From positions 1 to 64,000 of the forward strand of contig NKIB01013073.1 of the NCBI GenBank assembly GCA_002256025.1: DNA of 64,000 nt, in the 5' to 3' direction. The DNA is from Asterionella formosa. Its lineage: Eukaryota. Of this stretch, positions 1 through 12,309 are shown piece by piece. The notes beneath the pieces were generated by a model that saw only the letters and a program-made list of their open reading frames with translations, made no database searches and was not told the origin of the DNA. Each line of letters starts with the position of its first letter. Position 1 is the stretch's first letter. The position numbers and the translations under genes were made by a program.

Positions 1-258
1 TTGCTTGCTTACTACTCCAACTAAGCTCTTTCAATTTTACGATCATATGATCCTGAAACTATTTTTTATTTACTGTCCTGCTGCAGTATCAACAGTCATG
101 AACATGTGGTGTTCTGTGGCTCGCTTACTACTCCGACTATCCTTTTTCAATTTTATGATCATGCGATCCTGAAACTATGATGCTTTGCTGTCCTGCTGCA
201 GTAGCAACAGTCCTGAACATATGGTGTGGTTCTGTTGCTCGCTTACTACTCCGACTAC
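1..258 (-). repeat. Degenerate tandem repeat, unit ~116-118 bp, at least 2.2 copies (runs off the window start); possibly a decayed WD40-repeat coding array
   Basis: GCTTACTACTCC(A/G)ACT recurs at 7, 123 and 241 with similar intervening sequence. Minus strand reads IVSGSHDHKI and IVSGSYDRKI once per unit, with in-frame stops. Confidence 0.75.
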
Positions 259-3200
259 CCCAGTATATCATTTCCTACCTGCTACTGGTACTCTGTATAT
301 ATATATGATAAAATGTAAAATGTTATTGTCATATGATGTACCTGTACACATGAAGAACTCCCGCCCAAAAAAGGGGCTTTAATAACTTGCTACCAAAATC
401 CTTGCGTATAAATAATACAAATGGGTTATGACTTACACCAATTGAATGGCCTAAAAAATAAGTTCCAACGGACATAGAAAATATTGATGCAAACAAATTT
501 CATAAAAAGTACCAGTACAAGATGTCGTGGAAAACAATGGACATATCGTGAATTGAATATTTTCGAATTATCTATATGCGAATATGATCATCTCAACAAT
601 ACCAGATGTGCCATATTGAGATTGCCTTTGATTTTTATAAATGTACAACACTTGATATATTTATATATTTACAAATTTTATAACTATATACATGGCAAAT
701 ATATTTGAAATCATTCTGTAATGTTAACAAACCATGCCTGCTTCATGCAAAGAAATATGCATAGTAGTAAAGCATATGACAAGAAAGGAAAGTTTACGCA
801 ATAACGAAAAATATTGTGGCTTTGACACATTGCGCCTTCGAAGGATGGAGTATGTTTAAGGTAATGAAGACATCAATGTGGTACTTGGATGACAATCGTT
901 GGGAGGCAGGACAACAACAAATTGTAAACTAAACTCACATTTCCTTTTTCTTAGTTGATTCAATAGCTCGTTTCGCTTGTTGGGGAGCACCAATGTAAAA
1001 CAAAACAAAATTGGTAAGTGCTCTTGTCATTGGACCTATTCACTTCTGCTGGAACATAACTGACGGACACGCCACTTTACCTTCTCTCAAAGTAAAGCAA
1101 ACGAAAATGAATCGGTAAGTTTTAGTCGACAACATTGAAAACCTGAAACTTACTTTTTTAAGAATTTAATGACAATTTACTATTACAGACTTATGTATCA
1201 CTTGCTTTGATTTGGATGTGGTAAGTGAAGCAAGCAAGAGGATAAGATGGAATGGCGTGATGTTGTGTCAGTGTCAAATCATGTCTAGCTAACAATTCAT
1301 TCCTTCTCATTGTTACTGTAACTGCATAGGACAAGAATAAAACCGATCAAACAATGGAATAGCCGGCTAGTTCAGAATGACACTAGCAGCAGGGAAAGAG
1401 ACACAACATTAGTAAGGCACTGCTTGGCACAAGATTCAGAATAGATGAAGAAAAGGGCGAGACAGGAACAATATACATTGAGACAATTGGAGAGGAGGAG
1501 AGAAACATTCCTCAGGTAGCTGTCGAAACAGAAATATCATTGTTAAATTTGATAGTTAAATTACGATCCATTCCAATCCTTTTTGAACAATGCTTGTGAT
1601 TAGAATCATGATCATATTTAAGATAGATTTACAATGAAACAATTCACATGATAGCATAGAGTTGAGCTGATTTTAGGATGCGATGTAGTAATAATTTTCA
1701 TCAGGCAATCACGAGAATTGAAAATAATATGAGAAGGTTTATGATTTTAATGAGAAATGTTGTTGATCAGTTGATATACATTGTGTGATGATAATGTTCT
1801 TATTATCATTATACTTCAAGGTCGGTAAAATATTAATAAATCATCATAGTTATAGGATACCTTGATCATAGTTTTGATCCAAAAATTATCATATATACGA
1901 AAATCCTGTGCCACTTAGCGCACGATACCTTTGATCCTATATGCATGATACTTTTTATTTGCAGACTCACGATTTCAAATGGAATAGCCATGTATGCATT
2001 TTTTTAATTTGTAATATGTGAAGATATGTATAGTTGAACACTTTCATAGTTCAAAGACACACTTTAAATTGCACATCATATGTATACTATCATCATTTAA
2101 TCTTATAAATAATTCAGATATATACAATCCATGAGGATATCATTGTTTTCCATGACCTGATGTACTGTTTTTGAATATTTTCCACATCAACAATTCTTGT
2201 ACCTACAAGTCACTGATTTAATTAAGCCCCTCAATTACCGGGAGTCTAACTACAACATTTTTCATATGGTACAAATCATGTAATAATTAGATGGTTCATT
2301 TTCTCATATCATTGACATCAGTTATCATGTGATAAATATGCTTTTATCAAACGTGTAGGATATGTAAATCAAATGTTATGAATAACAGATCATACTTTCT
2401 GTTAAGAAATGATTGCCAATAAAATTAGATCATAGATAAAAATATTTAGCTCTTTTGATCTTACTTTAAGCATCAATATATCCTAATACTTACACATAAT
2501 TTTGATCATTTATTTTCTCATAGCAATGACATTATTTATCATATGATTAATATGCATCTATCGAATGATTATTTGTAAAAACATATGTCTTTACAAATAA
2601 TACTTTCTAGTCCTCTTAAATGATTCATGATTGCCAGTAAATTTAGGTACAAATGGTGGGCTGTTTCTACGACAGTATTATTGTGTACCCTCCATCACCT
2701 AGTAGAAGGTCCTGTAGTGCACATTTTATGTGCACCTTTTCAGTTTCGACCCACTCCCAATGATTTGTCTCATGACTGCCAGACGAGATAGGCCAGCTTT
2801 CGATTGAAATAATAATCCTTGAGTAATTTAGGAAAACGTTACTCTTATTGACTGATGACGATTTGCAGAATCAGTCTCTGAACATGACTCGGATTTGCTG
2901 ACTGATAAACCTGTTCAGCAAACTGTCTTCTAGCTTCGTCGTACAAATAGGAATCATATTTTTCTACGTTTAGAACTTTCTGACAATGACTAGAATTTGC
3001 TGACAACGACAAGAACTTGTGGATACAAATAGATTTTCTGAATGACCCGTATGGCTATGAAGTATGGATATGATGAATAGACACAGCCAACTAAAACCCC
3101 TGACAGCCTTGCCAATACTAGGAACATTCATAACATCATATCTATATACAAGGTCACAGTCACTATCACGCCTGATGCAGCAGCCTCTCGGGGTAACAGG

Positions 3201-5409
3201 CACCCTGGGGATAAAGACTATTTCCATCGCAACGGCGACACTCATCAGTTTTCCTCAACATATACTTCTATTACATTAGAAAATGAGATCTTCCGTTATC
3301 GCAATTGCCTCTTGTATTTTGGCTGGTGTTGACGAATGCTTTTGTTCAATCCATTTGTCTGACAACGGCTTACACTGATCAGTGTATGGTAACGTAAACA
3401 CTTGTACAAGAAAAATTCATAATGAGTTTTGTGTATCAGTTTTGCTTCAATTTTTCTTCATCCATCAACTTACATCCAGCATGGCAATGGTAATAAGCCA
3501 ATCATTTCTGAATCATAGTTTGATATCGAAGACTCAGCCTGTTAAAATGAAATATAGTAATATCACCACGAGAGGTGTATATTGATTTGGAGAATAATTG
3601 ATAAAAAATAAAAGGAATTTGAATGAACTTCATTCTAACATAGTGATAAATATAACAATCAACAAAACAGGTACGGAATGAATCATTTCATTCAAGATTG
3701 GAAGTTTTGTTCAAACTGTCTATTCGTGTTCATGTATTTTTTTGACTGCAAATTGTTTGAGTGGAATTGGGCAACAATTGATGGTATAAAATCGACGCAA
3801 TGTGCGTGGTTCTCATTTAGCACGCGCTGCATGGCTGATGCATATCAACAATCATCCTTACCATGGACTTTTCCGTACTACTTCCTAAATTCCATTCCAA
3901 TTTTGAAAACTTAAACTAATAGTATTCTTTGAACAAAAATTTTAGCTTTGAATTGGGAATGAATTGATGGAGACAACGAAACAATTCGATGAAAGCAACA
4001 ATCATCCATGCAGAACAAATAAGTCATATTGCTCAATCATTTTCATCCAAATTCTACAAAACGACCACTATTTCCTATGATCGTCAATGTAAATTATAGA
4101 TTAAAAATTATTTTAGTTTTATCAGGGAGTGAATTGATGGAGAACTGAAGAACAGTAAACAGTGAAACATAATGGGGCAAATCATCACCTCATACCTACC
4201 GGCAGTAAACCAATACATACATTGTGCACTGTTTTTGCATATGAGTAGTTTATACAAAAATATTGAATAACATATACTTTGATGCATTATTGATGTGCTA
4301 TGCTTGGTTAGTAAGGCGTGATGTGAATAAATAATAAAAGGATTAGTAGATACAGCTAATCCATTTTTCATTGGATCAAAACTTTTCTTAATATGTATAG
4401 CTTATCATATTTTTAGGGTGTGCTCGGAGATATTTTACGATTGACCGGTTAAAGTGTTCATATTTGATAAGATAATGATTAAGCTCAGTTTGGAGCTCAT
4501 TTTCCCTCTGATCTAATGTATAACTCAATGGTTCGAGCAAAATGTCGAGCTCAACATAAAAAAAAGGGTCATCACTTATAACGCGCTTTCTAAGACCTTG
4601 TGGTTCCACATGCATGGTTTTTCCATAGCACTGCCTGCCAACAAGACCTGTGCTTCCCTAGTTTTAATAGCATAGGTGAGTCCCTAATCATCTTTCGTGA
4701 AAGGTGATTGACATCCATGCAATCGTCATCATTGATCACAGCTCCTAGCTGCATTAAGTTTTGTCTGCTTTTCCATCTCCTCCTCATCTTTCTGCATTCT
4801 CTTTCTATGGGGTTTCATTGCTATCTTATGGATCTGCACCACATGAATGATTTGTTCTTTTTCTGTTTCGTTGGCCTCATGGATAGCACCTTTCCTCATG
4901 GTGACACGGTCGTTTTTAGGAATTATTAAGTGTCAGGACCGAAGGGCCCTGTACCTTGAATACCACTAAATTCTGTGATCAGAGCCTTTGTGCTGTATTA
5001 GTCTTTTGTATAATCGCCTTTATACCACTTGGCAAAAAAGTTTTGAGTGATCAATATATATTATATTGTATAACAAATATTTATCATTTTTATAGCGCAT
5101 TCCCACTAGTCTATTTTTTCTAGTTTACTGTGCGTTGTTGTGCTCCATTGCCCATTTTAGGTGGGGTGGTGGAAATTTGGATGGGTAGTCACTTGTTCAT
5201 GCAGAAGTAGGTTTTAAAAAATGTGGTAGCATTGATCTTGAAGCGATTCTCTATAACTGCACTGTTCAGGTCAGGGGGAGAATTAGATTTTGAGTGTTGA
5301 TTGGGTGAACGATTTCCGCCCTTTTTGGCCCTGCTCTGGTTGTGGTTTCTGGATTGGGTTGTTTCTGCTGAATCCTTAGATTCTGTTTTGTCACTGATGT
5401 CACTGTGTA

Positions 5410-5875
5410 TCAATTGTTGGTAGTCCTTGATTGTCCTCTTCATTACGTGTCTTTTGCCAGTTATAGGTCTTGAATTGTCTCTCATGTCATTTGGATTTTG
5501 CCAGTAGTTCTTATTTATTGCTGATGCATGCCATTGTTTGGCTTTTGCCAGTAGTTCTTCATTATTCTCTTATGTCAAATGGTTTTTAACGCTAGTCCTT
5601 GATTGTTCTCTGATGTTGTTGCATGGATTTCGCCACTAGTCCTAGATTTGACTATGATGTCCTTTGCTTGGCTTTTACCAGTAGTCCTTGATTTGTCTCT
5701 CATTTCACTTGGCTTTTGCAGGTAGTCTTTGATTTGTTCCTTGATGCCATTTTTTGGCTTTGCCAGTAGTCCTAGATTATCTCTCTTATCATGATTGAGC
5801 TGTGCCAGTTGTCCTTGATTGTTTTTTGATGTCATTGCTTGGCTTTTGTCAGTAGCTAGGCCTTGATTTTTCTCT
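5410..5875. repeat. Degenerate minisatellite, ~11 units of ~40-46 bp
   Basis: Core TTGGCTTTTGCCAGTAGTCCTTGATT (with variants) near 5452, 5491, 5538, 5580, 5624, 5668, 5709, 5754, 5795 and 5839. The ORFs 5189..5485 and 5575..5895 are by-products of this repeat. Confidence 0.85.
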
Positions 5876-6038
5876 CTAACTATGTAATATATCATGTTAC
5901 ACTTGTATGCAGCAACATTGATACCACTGTTTCCATCAAACTCATTCCTTCTAGGACTGAACTAACGAATCTAAAAACCAATATTTCGTAAGATAATTTC
6001 CTTTATTGGATTGTTCATGTACACTATATTGTTTTTAT

Positions 6039-7511
6039 TCAAAACGACCATATTCTCTCTGGAGACATGTTATTCACGGTTTCTTCTTCTCTGTTCACTT
6101 CGTCGTCGCTCCCAGCAACATACTCTTTTAACTTGTAATTTCGTTGCGGATGTCGTAATTTATTGAGTGCTCTGGCTTCCACCAAACGGACTCGGTCCCG
6201 TGAGATTCCAAGCCTTTTGGCTGTCTCCTCCACACTTTTGGAGGTTCCGTCATCAAGGCCAAATCTGGCGATGAGTACATCACGCTCCGGAGCTGCGAGC
6301 TCATTGACAACCGCTCGAATGTCTTGCCGTAGTGACTGAATTTCGGCGTTCTCTTGTGGTGTCGGTGAGTCAGAAGAAATGAAATCACCCAAAGTTCTGG
6401 TATCACCTCCCTTGAATCCGTTTCCCTTCCCTACTGGAACCTCCAGGGAAAGGACGGATCTTGACGAGTCAGTATACATGAGCAACTTGTCAACGCTAAT
6501 TTCCAAAGTGTGAGCGAGTTCCGGAGCTGACGGAGTTCGTCCAATCTGTTGCTCCATGTCTTTCTTGACCCTGTTGATTTTTCGAAGCATGGCATGTACT
6601 AAGATTTGCAACCCAAAGCGATTGTAAGAAACATGCTTGAGAATGAAAAACTATCCATGAGGAAAGGTTGCAATGCACTTACCATGCGCCGGCAACCGAA
6701 TCACGCGAGAGTAGTCGGAAATGGATCGCAAGATACGCTGTCTGACCCACCAAGTTGCATAGGTGCTGAACCGGAAGCCTCGCTCTGGCTCAAAGCGCTC
6801 TGCCGCTTCCATAAGACCTAAATTTCCTTCTTGGATCAAATCTTGAAAGGTTAAAATAGTCCCGACTCCACCACTCGCTCCTCGCAGGGCGTGATGATAC
6901 TTTTTCGCAATAGAGTTAACCAAGCCTCCGTTGGCATTTACCAACTGAATTCTTGCTTCGGTCCCTTCGTACATGGTGCGTCTCAATTGAATGACAGTCA
7001 AACCACATGCGGCGGCCCACTCAGATTCTAGTGGTTGCCAGGACGAATTATGACCTCTGGCTGCCACCATATCATCGCGAATCCGGACGGCCGCTCTCAT
7101 GGTTCGTAAGGATCTCGTCAAGTAACCTTCTTCCTGTTTCGTTAAAAGGTCGGGAAAATTGGTGGACGTTCGTGAAAAGGTCGTTGTGGCTTCCACCTTG
7201 GGACTGCTATGCAGTGAGCGGGGCCGTGTCAGCTTTAGGCGCTTGCGTTCGGGAGAAATCGCAGATACCAATGGAGTCACTGGTACTCGTCGACGGTCTG
7301 GCTCCAAAATGGCTTTGGCTGAGTACGCGTCGATGGGAACGGCAGAGTAGCAAAGTGCGCTTGCGTGGAGGTGAGTGTCCATGAGGGAACAATGCAACGG
7401 GTTTCGAACCATTGCGATTGTGCTCGTTGAAAAGGCGTTCACTGGCTCCCGTTCCAGGGTTGCTGAAATGAGGAGAGTGAGGAGAAGGATGGAATTGCGT
7501 GAGCACGTCAT
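6039..7511 (-). CDS. Nuclear-encoded, plastid-targeted RNA polymerase sigma-70 factor; exons 7511-6683 and 6598-6039, intron 6682-6599
   Basis: Region 2 motifs [35 protein letters not shown]; region 4 [30 protein letters not shown]...TCTTAG intron joins RLPAH to VHAML in frame. N-terminus [17 protein letters not shown]...VNAF is a signal peptide plus ASAF-like cleavage motif (start 7511 preferred to 7736). Confidence 0.93.
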
Positions 7512-7669
7512 TCTGGGTGTTTGCGATGAACAGAACAAGGAATGGTCCACAGACATGTCGAGTGGACGAGGAGGAAGAAACTCTGGAAAATGAACCAGAA
7601 TAAAAACAGAAATGCATACGACAGCCAATAACAGTACCTGGTACCGTGTACTCCGTGCAGCCAAATACG

Positions 7670-7775
7670 TGACGTTGGGATGGGATGACGTTTTTCCAAC
7701 TTTGCACTCCCTGTCGGACCCAGACGCATCGGACAAAATCGCCGATATCGGGAGTGATAGGAAGGTATGACGTCA
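7670..7775. promoter_or_regulatory. Cluster of TGACGT (bZIP/aureochrome-type) boxes upstream of the sigma factor
   Basis: TGACGT at 7670-7675 and 7686-7691, and palindromic TGACGTCA at 7768-7775, 160-265 bp upstream of ATG 7511. Function is inferred. Confidence 0.4.
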
Positions 7776-9750
7776 AAAGTGTCAAAACGGGGTAAACGTG
7801 ACGAAAGTGGCCTAAATCCTCCAATCAAACCACCGGAACGAAGAGCAAAGTACCGGTATACAGCATTTTCGTGCGGCCTCCTTATTAATGAAGATTCACC
7901 ATGATGGGTTGAATGACGCACGAGGCATTGCCATTGAGATACTCACCATAAACCATGGCGGCGGCAACGGCAGCTTTTCGAAAGAATGCCATTTTCGTTA
8001 TGCTTTATACAGAATGAAGGCTAGCGAGGTGTATGGTTGCAGTAGCGTTGTCCTTGCTTGGAATTCGTTAAAGGAAATCGATCTAATTGGAATTGAATGG
8101 GATTCGATCAATCGGCTCGGATGTTGCAAGAGAGTGAGTGCTTTGATGTCAATCACTAAATCGATGAGCTTTTGTAGCTGATCCAATGCAAAAATAAGCA
8201 ATCGTTAGCTTTGCAAGGAGGAGGTGCTTCCGTTGATGACACCACCTGGTACTCCTACTAGAGAATCAATCAAATGAAGAATGGAGCAAGATTGCGTTCG
8301 GTTATTTATTATGTCTCGGTTTTTGTTTGTAGACTTCGCGTGTTTTACTGGTCCTCCTTGTTTGCTTGTTCTTGGTCATTATCTTTCTATTAAACACACG
8401 TATAGATAGTACCGGGTAGGACTTTCTCTAAGAAAGCAAATTATCGTTGTTAGCACTGTATGCATAACTCTATCTGGTACAGAAGTACCGATATGCACGT
8501 ATGTGTGTGAAGTACCAGTACTCAATTTCATAGGTACTGTACCAGGGTACCAGGTACCCTGGTACCAGGGGTAACACTTGCTCCTGCCATCTGTTCCATG
8601 CAAATGCCAGCCAGCCATCACGCTGCTTTTCACATCTCAATCCAGCCAAGGGCACTGATAGACGGTGGGACGGAAGCGTGTGAAAATTCAATCATTCTGA
8701 GCGAAGAAACTGGGTGGCAGCTGCTTGTTCTCTTTTCGCTCAGCAGCGCCATGCTGTGCACCATGCACAACTGCCAGCATGGCTGACTTGCTGCACAGGC
8801 TCATATTTCCTGGATGGAACGCATGATCATCATATCATGCACGACCAGCATCGTATGTTCTACCGGTTTACTTACTATAGACGCGATCTAGGACCGAATG
8901 CCTTGTATGTACCGGTAGTACGGTACCAGGTAGTCGATTAGACGGTACTCCGGAGTACCTACTACTAGATGTACCTGGTCGTATTCCGTACAAGTACCAG
9001 TAGACAATGAATTGACCATACATTCATTCACAACCAGTACATTGATTTGCAATTGAGTTGCTTTTACTTTCCCTGGCATTCTTAGCACAAGTCACTGTCA
9101 ACCCCACCTCATGTAGCATTTTTTTCACTATTGACGAAGACTTGAAGAGCCACATAGGATGCATGCCAAACTCAATGCAATAACAAAAAAGCAACTTTAG
9201 GAGCCCTTGGCTTGTGAGTGCAACTCAACAATGATGACAACAACAACTTTGGTCAATATCAAATATAGTGTACTTTCATTGAATATTATGGGGAAACAAC
9301 GTAATCATAGTCTCCTCCTACCCAGCAGTTTGGGTTTCTTGCATTAATTTTCTATATTCAAAATTCATGAGTTATCCTCTCATTAACCAAGCTCAAAACT
9401 TTTGGTCAATGTCTTGACTGCTATATGGATAACATGATTTACCCAATCACATATTCCTTCCTTTGAACGAAAAAAAGGCAATTGCCATCAGGAAAAGCCT
9501 AGGAGATTTTCAATTTTTATATTTAGCATACAAAACATGTGTGATACAAACTACCGGTAGTACAAAATGGACCAGGGAGTGTGTTGCAGGAGTGGTACCT
9601 CTGATACCGGTATCATCGTCTATTTTATGGGGATGAGATAGTGCAAATAAATTGTCAGGATAATTCCCTTTCGTTGCAGTGCTGGCCACATTTTGACACA
9701 AACACCGTTGGACTTGCTGCTGCCTTTTTGTTGAACCAATCTCAACTCGC

Positions 9751-10656
9751 ATGTACCTGTCAGAAGAGCTTCATGCCATTCTCGCTGGGTTTGTGGGAGG
9801 CCTTCGGTATGGATTCAAAATTCGCCTCCCTCACGCGTTGGTTATGACGGCGCTCTTTCGACGGGATTTGACGTCCGAACAAAAGATTGCCACCATCTGG
9901 AAGCTGGCTAGAGAGCATGCTACTAACTTGGCTGCCTTTGCAGCCATGTACAAGGTGAGAGAGCAAAATACATGTCTCGTCAGAGGGAAGGAATAGATTA
10001 ACTTTTAATACCGGTACTCAAGGAAGAATATTTTATCTCGTTTTGTTTCAACAGACCGTTCTTGCCCTCCTCAAATTGGCATCTCGAAGATTGCATCTTC
10101 CGTACGATTCCAACAAGCAGAGCTTCCTTCAGTCACTTGGCCGAACTATCGCATCTGTGATTGGTAAGTTGACCTGCAGCCCCTCTTTTTGAAATATCGA
10201 TCTTTGCACATGTGAGCACTGTTAACTACTTTTTTCTTCCCACAAACGCGCGTCACAGTGGAAGGGCCCTATGGAGGGAATCGATTGGTAGAACGAGATC
10301 CTGGTCGACCAGAGCGGTATCATCATGCACTAGTAGCTGGAGCAGTGGGTGGTTATGTTATTTGGGGCAAATATTCCAACGTCAATCATCAGATTGTTCT
10401 TTACCTGGCAAGTCGAGTGTTGGTCAGTCTGGGAAAGAAAGCTGCCGAAGCATTACATATATCTCACCACAGTACAAGCGAATCCTACCCACTCTTCGCG
10501 GCGGCAATTTGGGGAACTGTCATGATGCTCTTTGAGGAGACTCCACATTTGTTGCATTCATCACTCAAGAAAAGCATGGATGAGATTTATCGATACGAAA
10601 TGACGGGCAGCAAGAGAGAAAATGGGGTAAAGACAAACAGCGTAGCAGAATCATAA
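9751..10656 (+). CDS. PXMP4: Peroxisomal membrane protein 4 (PMP24, Tim17/22/23-related); exons 9751-9954, 10055-10163, 10259-10656
   Basis: GLRYGFKIRLPHALVMTALF, EHATNLAAFAAMYK, AGAVGGYVIWG..SNVNHQIVLYLASRV, WGTVMMLFE..P..L..SL..SM. GT-AG introns 9955-10054 and 10164-10258 keep the frame. Confidence 0.9.
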
Positions 10657-11133
10657 TTATCCAAATGTATATAATGCTTATTTGAACTCAATTACTTCAA
10701 CTCTAGGAATCGTTTTGAGAAGAAATGTAAAATAATACATGACCTCCCGAGATTATTTTGTAGCTTAATACTGAGCAAATAATACTCCAAGTAGTCTCTG
10801 GCTCATGCTGCATAAAAAAAATTCATGATACTCCAAAGAAAGTTTGACTCGCCTTTTTGCGAGGTTCAAAGTTGAAGGCAAAACTTGTTTGGTTTGTTTC
10901 GCTGTGTTACTGATACACGTACCCAAGCGGCAATAGCATCTTCCTTTCAACATTGGAGTTCGTTGTGTTTTGAGCAGGGCACTGATTGCTACGTTAGGAT
11001 GTGAAATGCCTGACAAATCTCGTCATAATGGAAGCAACATGTGAGAACACGTGACCAACAATTTTTGAAATTGCAACTTGTACGTTTTATAATTCATTTA
11101 AATAAGACCGGATGTTTGGCATTCAATAGAATT

Positions 11134-12309
11134 CTAGTAAGGTTTCCTACGAGTTTGACTGCCACCACTTCTTCTTCTGTGATCCTCACCACTTCTTCTT
11201 CTGCGTTCCTCACCACTTCTTCTTTGCTCGACCATATTTCCAGCACCCATTGACATTCTTCGTTGCATTTTGCTGCTCGAAGACTTTCTGGAAGTAGCAA
11301 TGGAATCAATCACTGATTGATCGGCTGGATTCTTGTTGCTTGAACTAAGAAGAAGTTCAGCTTGTATATTTGCCATTTCTGTGCGCAAATCTTCCATGTA
11401 TTCTCCTTTCAATGTAAGAGCTTGCTCCAGGGTTTCAATGGCAGCCTCACGCTGAGTGAGTTTGAGCTTGAGTTCAAGGGCTTCATAATCCTTTTCCTCC
11501 TCTAGCAACTTCAATTGATGAAGTAATCCTTGTTCTTGCTTGGTATAATCATTCGCAGGATTTCTTGTAGACCATGCAAAGCGTTTCGTTGGGAGCATCG
11601 AAGTGCTTGGCAGATACCCCATGGATGGCAGACTCTTGGGCTCAGCAAATTTTACTGGCTCGTTCTTTAAGGTAGGGAATGAACTAATACTGAGATCAAC
11701 AGATTTTCTGGTTCGCACTGCCTTAGTTTCCATCTCAGGATGAGAAGTGTCCCGAATTGAACAACCCATGGTTGGCAACGACGATACCCGTTGAGCCCTT
11801 CGCCTAATTGGCACCTCTTCTGTTGGTGGTGCTCCAATGCCCATATCATTTGCATCAGTACTATCTTTCCATGTGGACTCATGAACCGGCTTCATAGGCA
11901 CTCTATGAGCCGCGGTCTTCTCGTTGGATGGTCTACGAGCGTCCACCGCCGCTTGTTGCTCCCGTAATTCTTCGAACGCACGACACTTCTCTTTGAGATC
12001 TACACATTCTTGCTCCAGATCTTCAATTTTCGTGACTTTCTGTCTCTCCACCTCTGCGTGTTCTTTCCATAATAGTTCTAGACCCTGGCACCTATCTTCC
12101 AGGTCCATGCAGGCATTTTCCAGATCTTCAAGTTTGACTCCTTTGAAGTGATTCTCTTGTTCGAGTCTCTCAACATCGGCCCAGCTCCGCTCAAGTTCCT
12201 CCTCGTAATTACTTCGCAAGGAGGCCAGCTCCTGTTCCAACCGCGCAATCGTTTGTTCATCGTCGGAATTGTCGTGACTCGACAAGGAACCAGGCGTAGT
12301 TGTGACCAT
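11134..12309 (-). CDS. Hypothetical coiled-coil protein (391 aa)
   Basis: Long ATG-initiated ORF with E/L/K-rich heptad segments at both ends. The C-terminus is encoded partly by three 21-bp repeats (~11162-11226, RRRSGE-like). No family recognised. Confidence 0.7.
   Translation of the reverse strand: MVTTTPGSLSSHDNSDDEQTIARLEQELASLRSNYEEELERSWADVERLEQENHFKGVKLEDLENACMDLEDRCQGLELLWKEHAEVERQKVTKIEDLEQECVDLKEKCRAFEELREQQAAVDARRPSNEKTAAHRVPMKPVHESTWKDSTDANDMGIGAPPTEEVPIRRRAQRVSSLPTMGCSIRDTSHPEMETKAVRTRKSVDLSISSFPTLKNEPVKFAEPKSLPSMGYLPSTSMLPTKRFAWSTRNPANDYTKQEQGLLHQLKLLEEEKDYEALELKLKLTQREAAIETLEQALTLKGEYMEDLRTEMANIQAELLLSSSNKNPADQSVIDSIATSRKSSSSKMQRRMSMGAGNMVEQRRSGEERRRRSGEDHRRRSGGSQTRRKPY

Noticed and set aside
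1500..5000. AT-rich region with short minus-strand ORFs and a weak ~215-bp direct repeat (~2300-2650)
   Set aside because: Probably an old mobile-element relic, but I could not recognise any domain to support a call.
5410..5875. CRISPR array
   Set aside because: Cores are degenerate, linkers are short and mutually similar, there are no cas genes, and the context is eukaryotic; it is a minisatellite.
6039..7736. Bacterial contamination or a prokaryotic window, suggested by sigma-70, MMPL and the SelD-like gene
   Set aside because: The sigma gene has a spliceosomal intron and plastid presequence, and its neighbours are eukaryote-specific.
7512..7736. 75-aa N-terminal extension of the sigma ORF
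   Set aside because: It runs through promoter-like sequence with TA-chains; the targeting peptide starts at ATG 7511.
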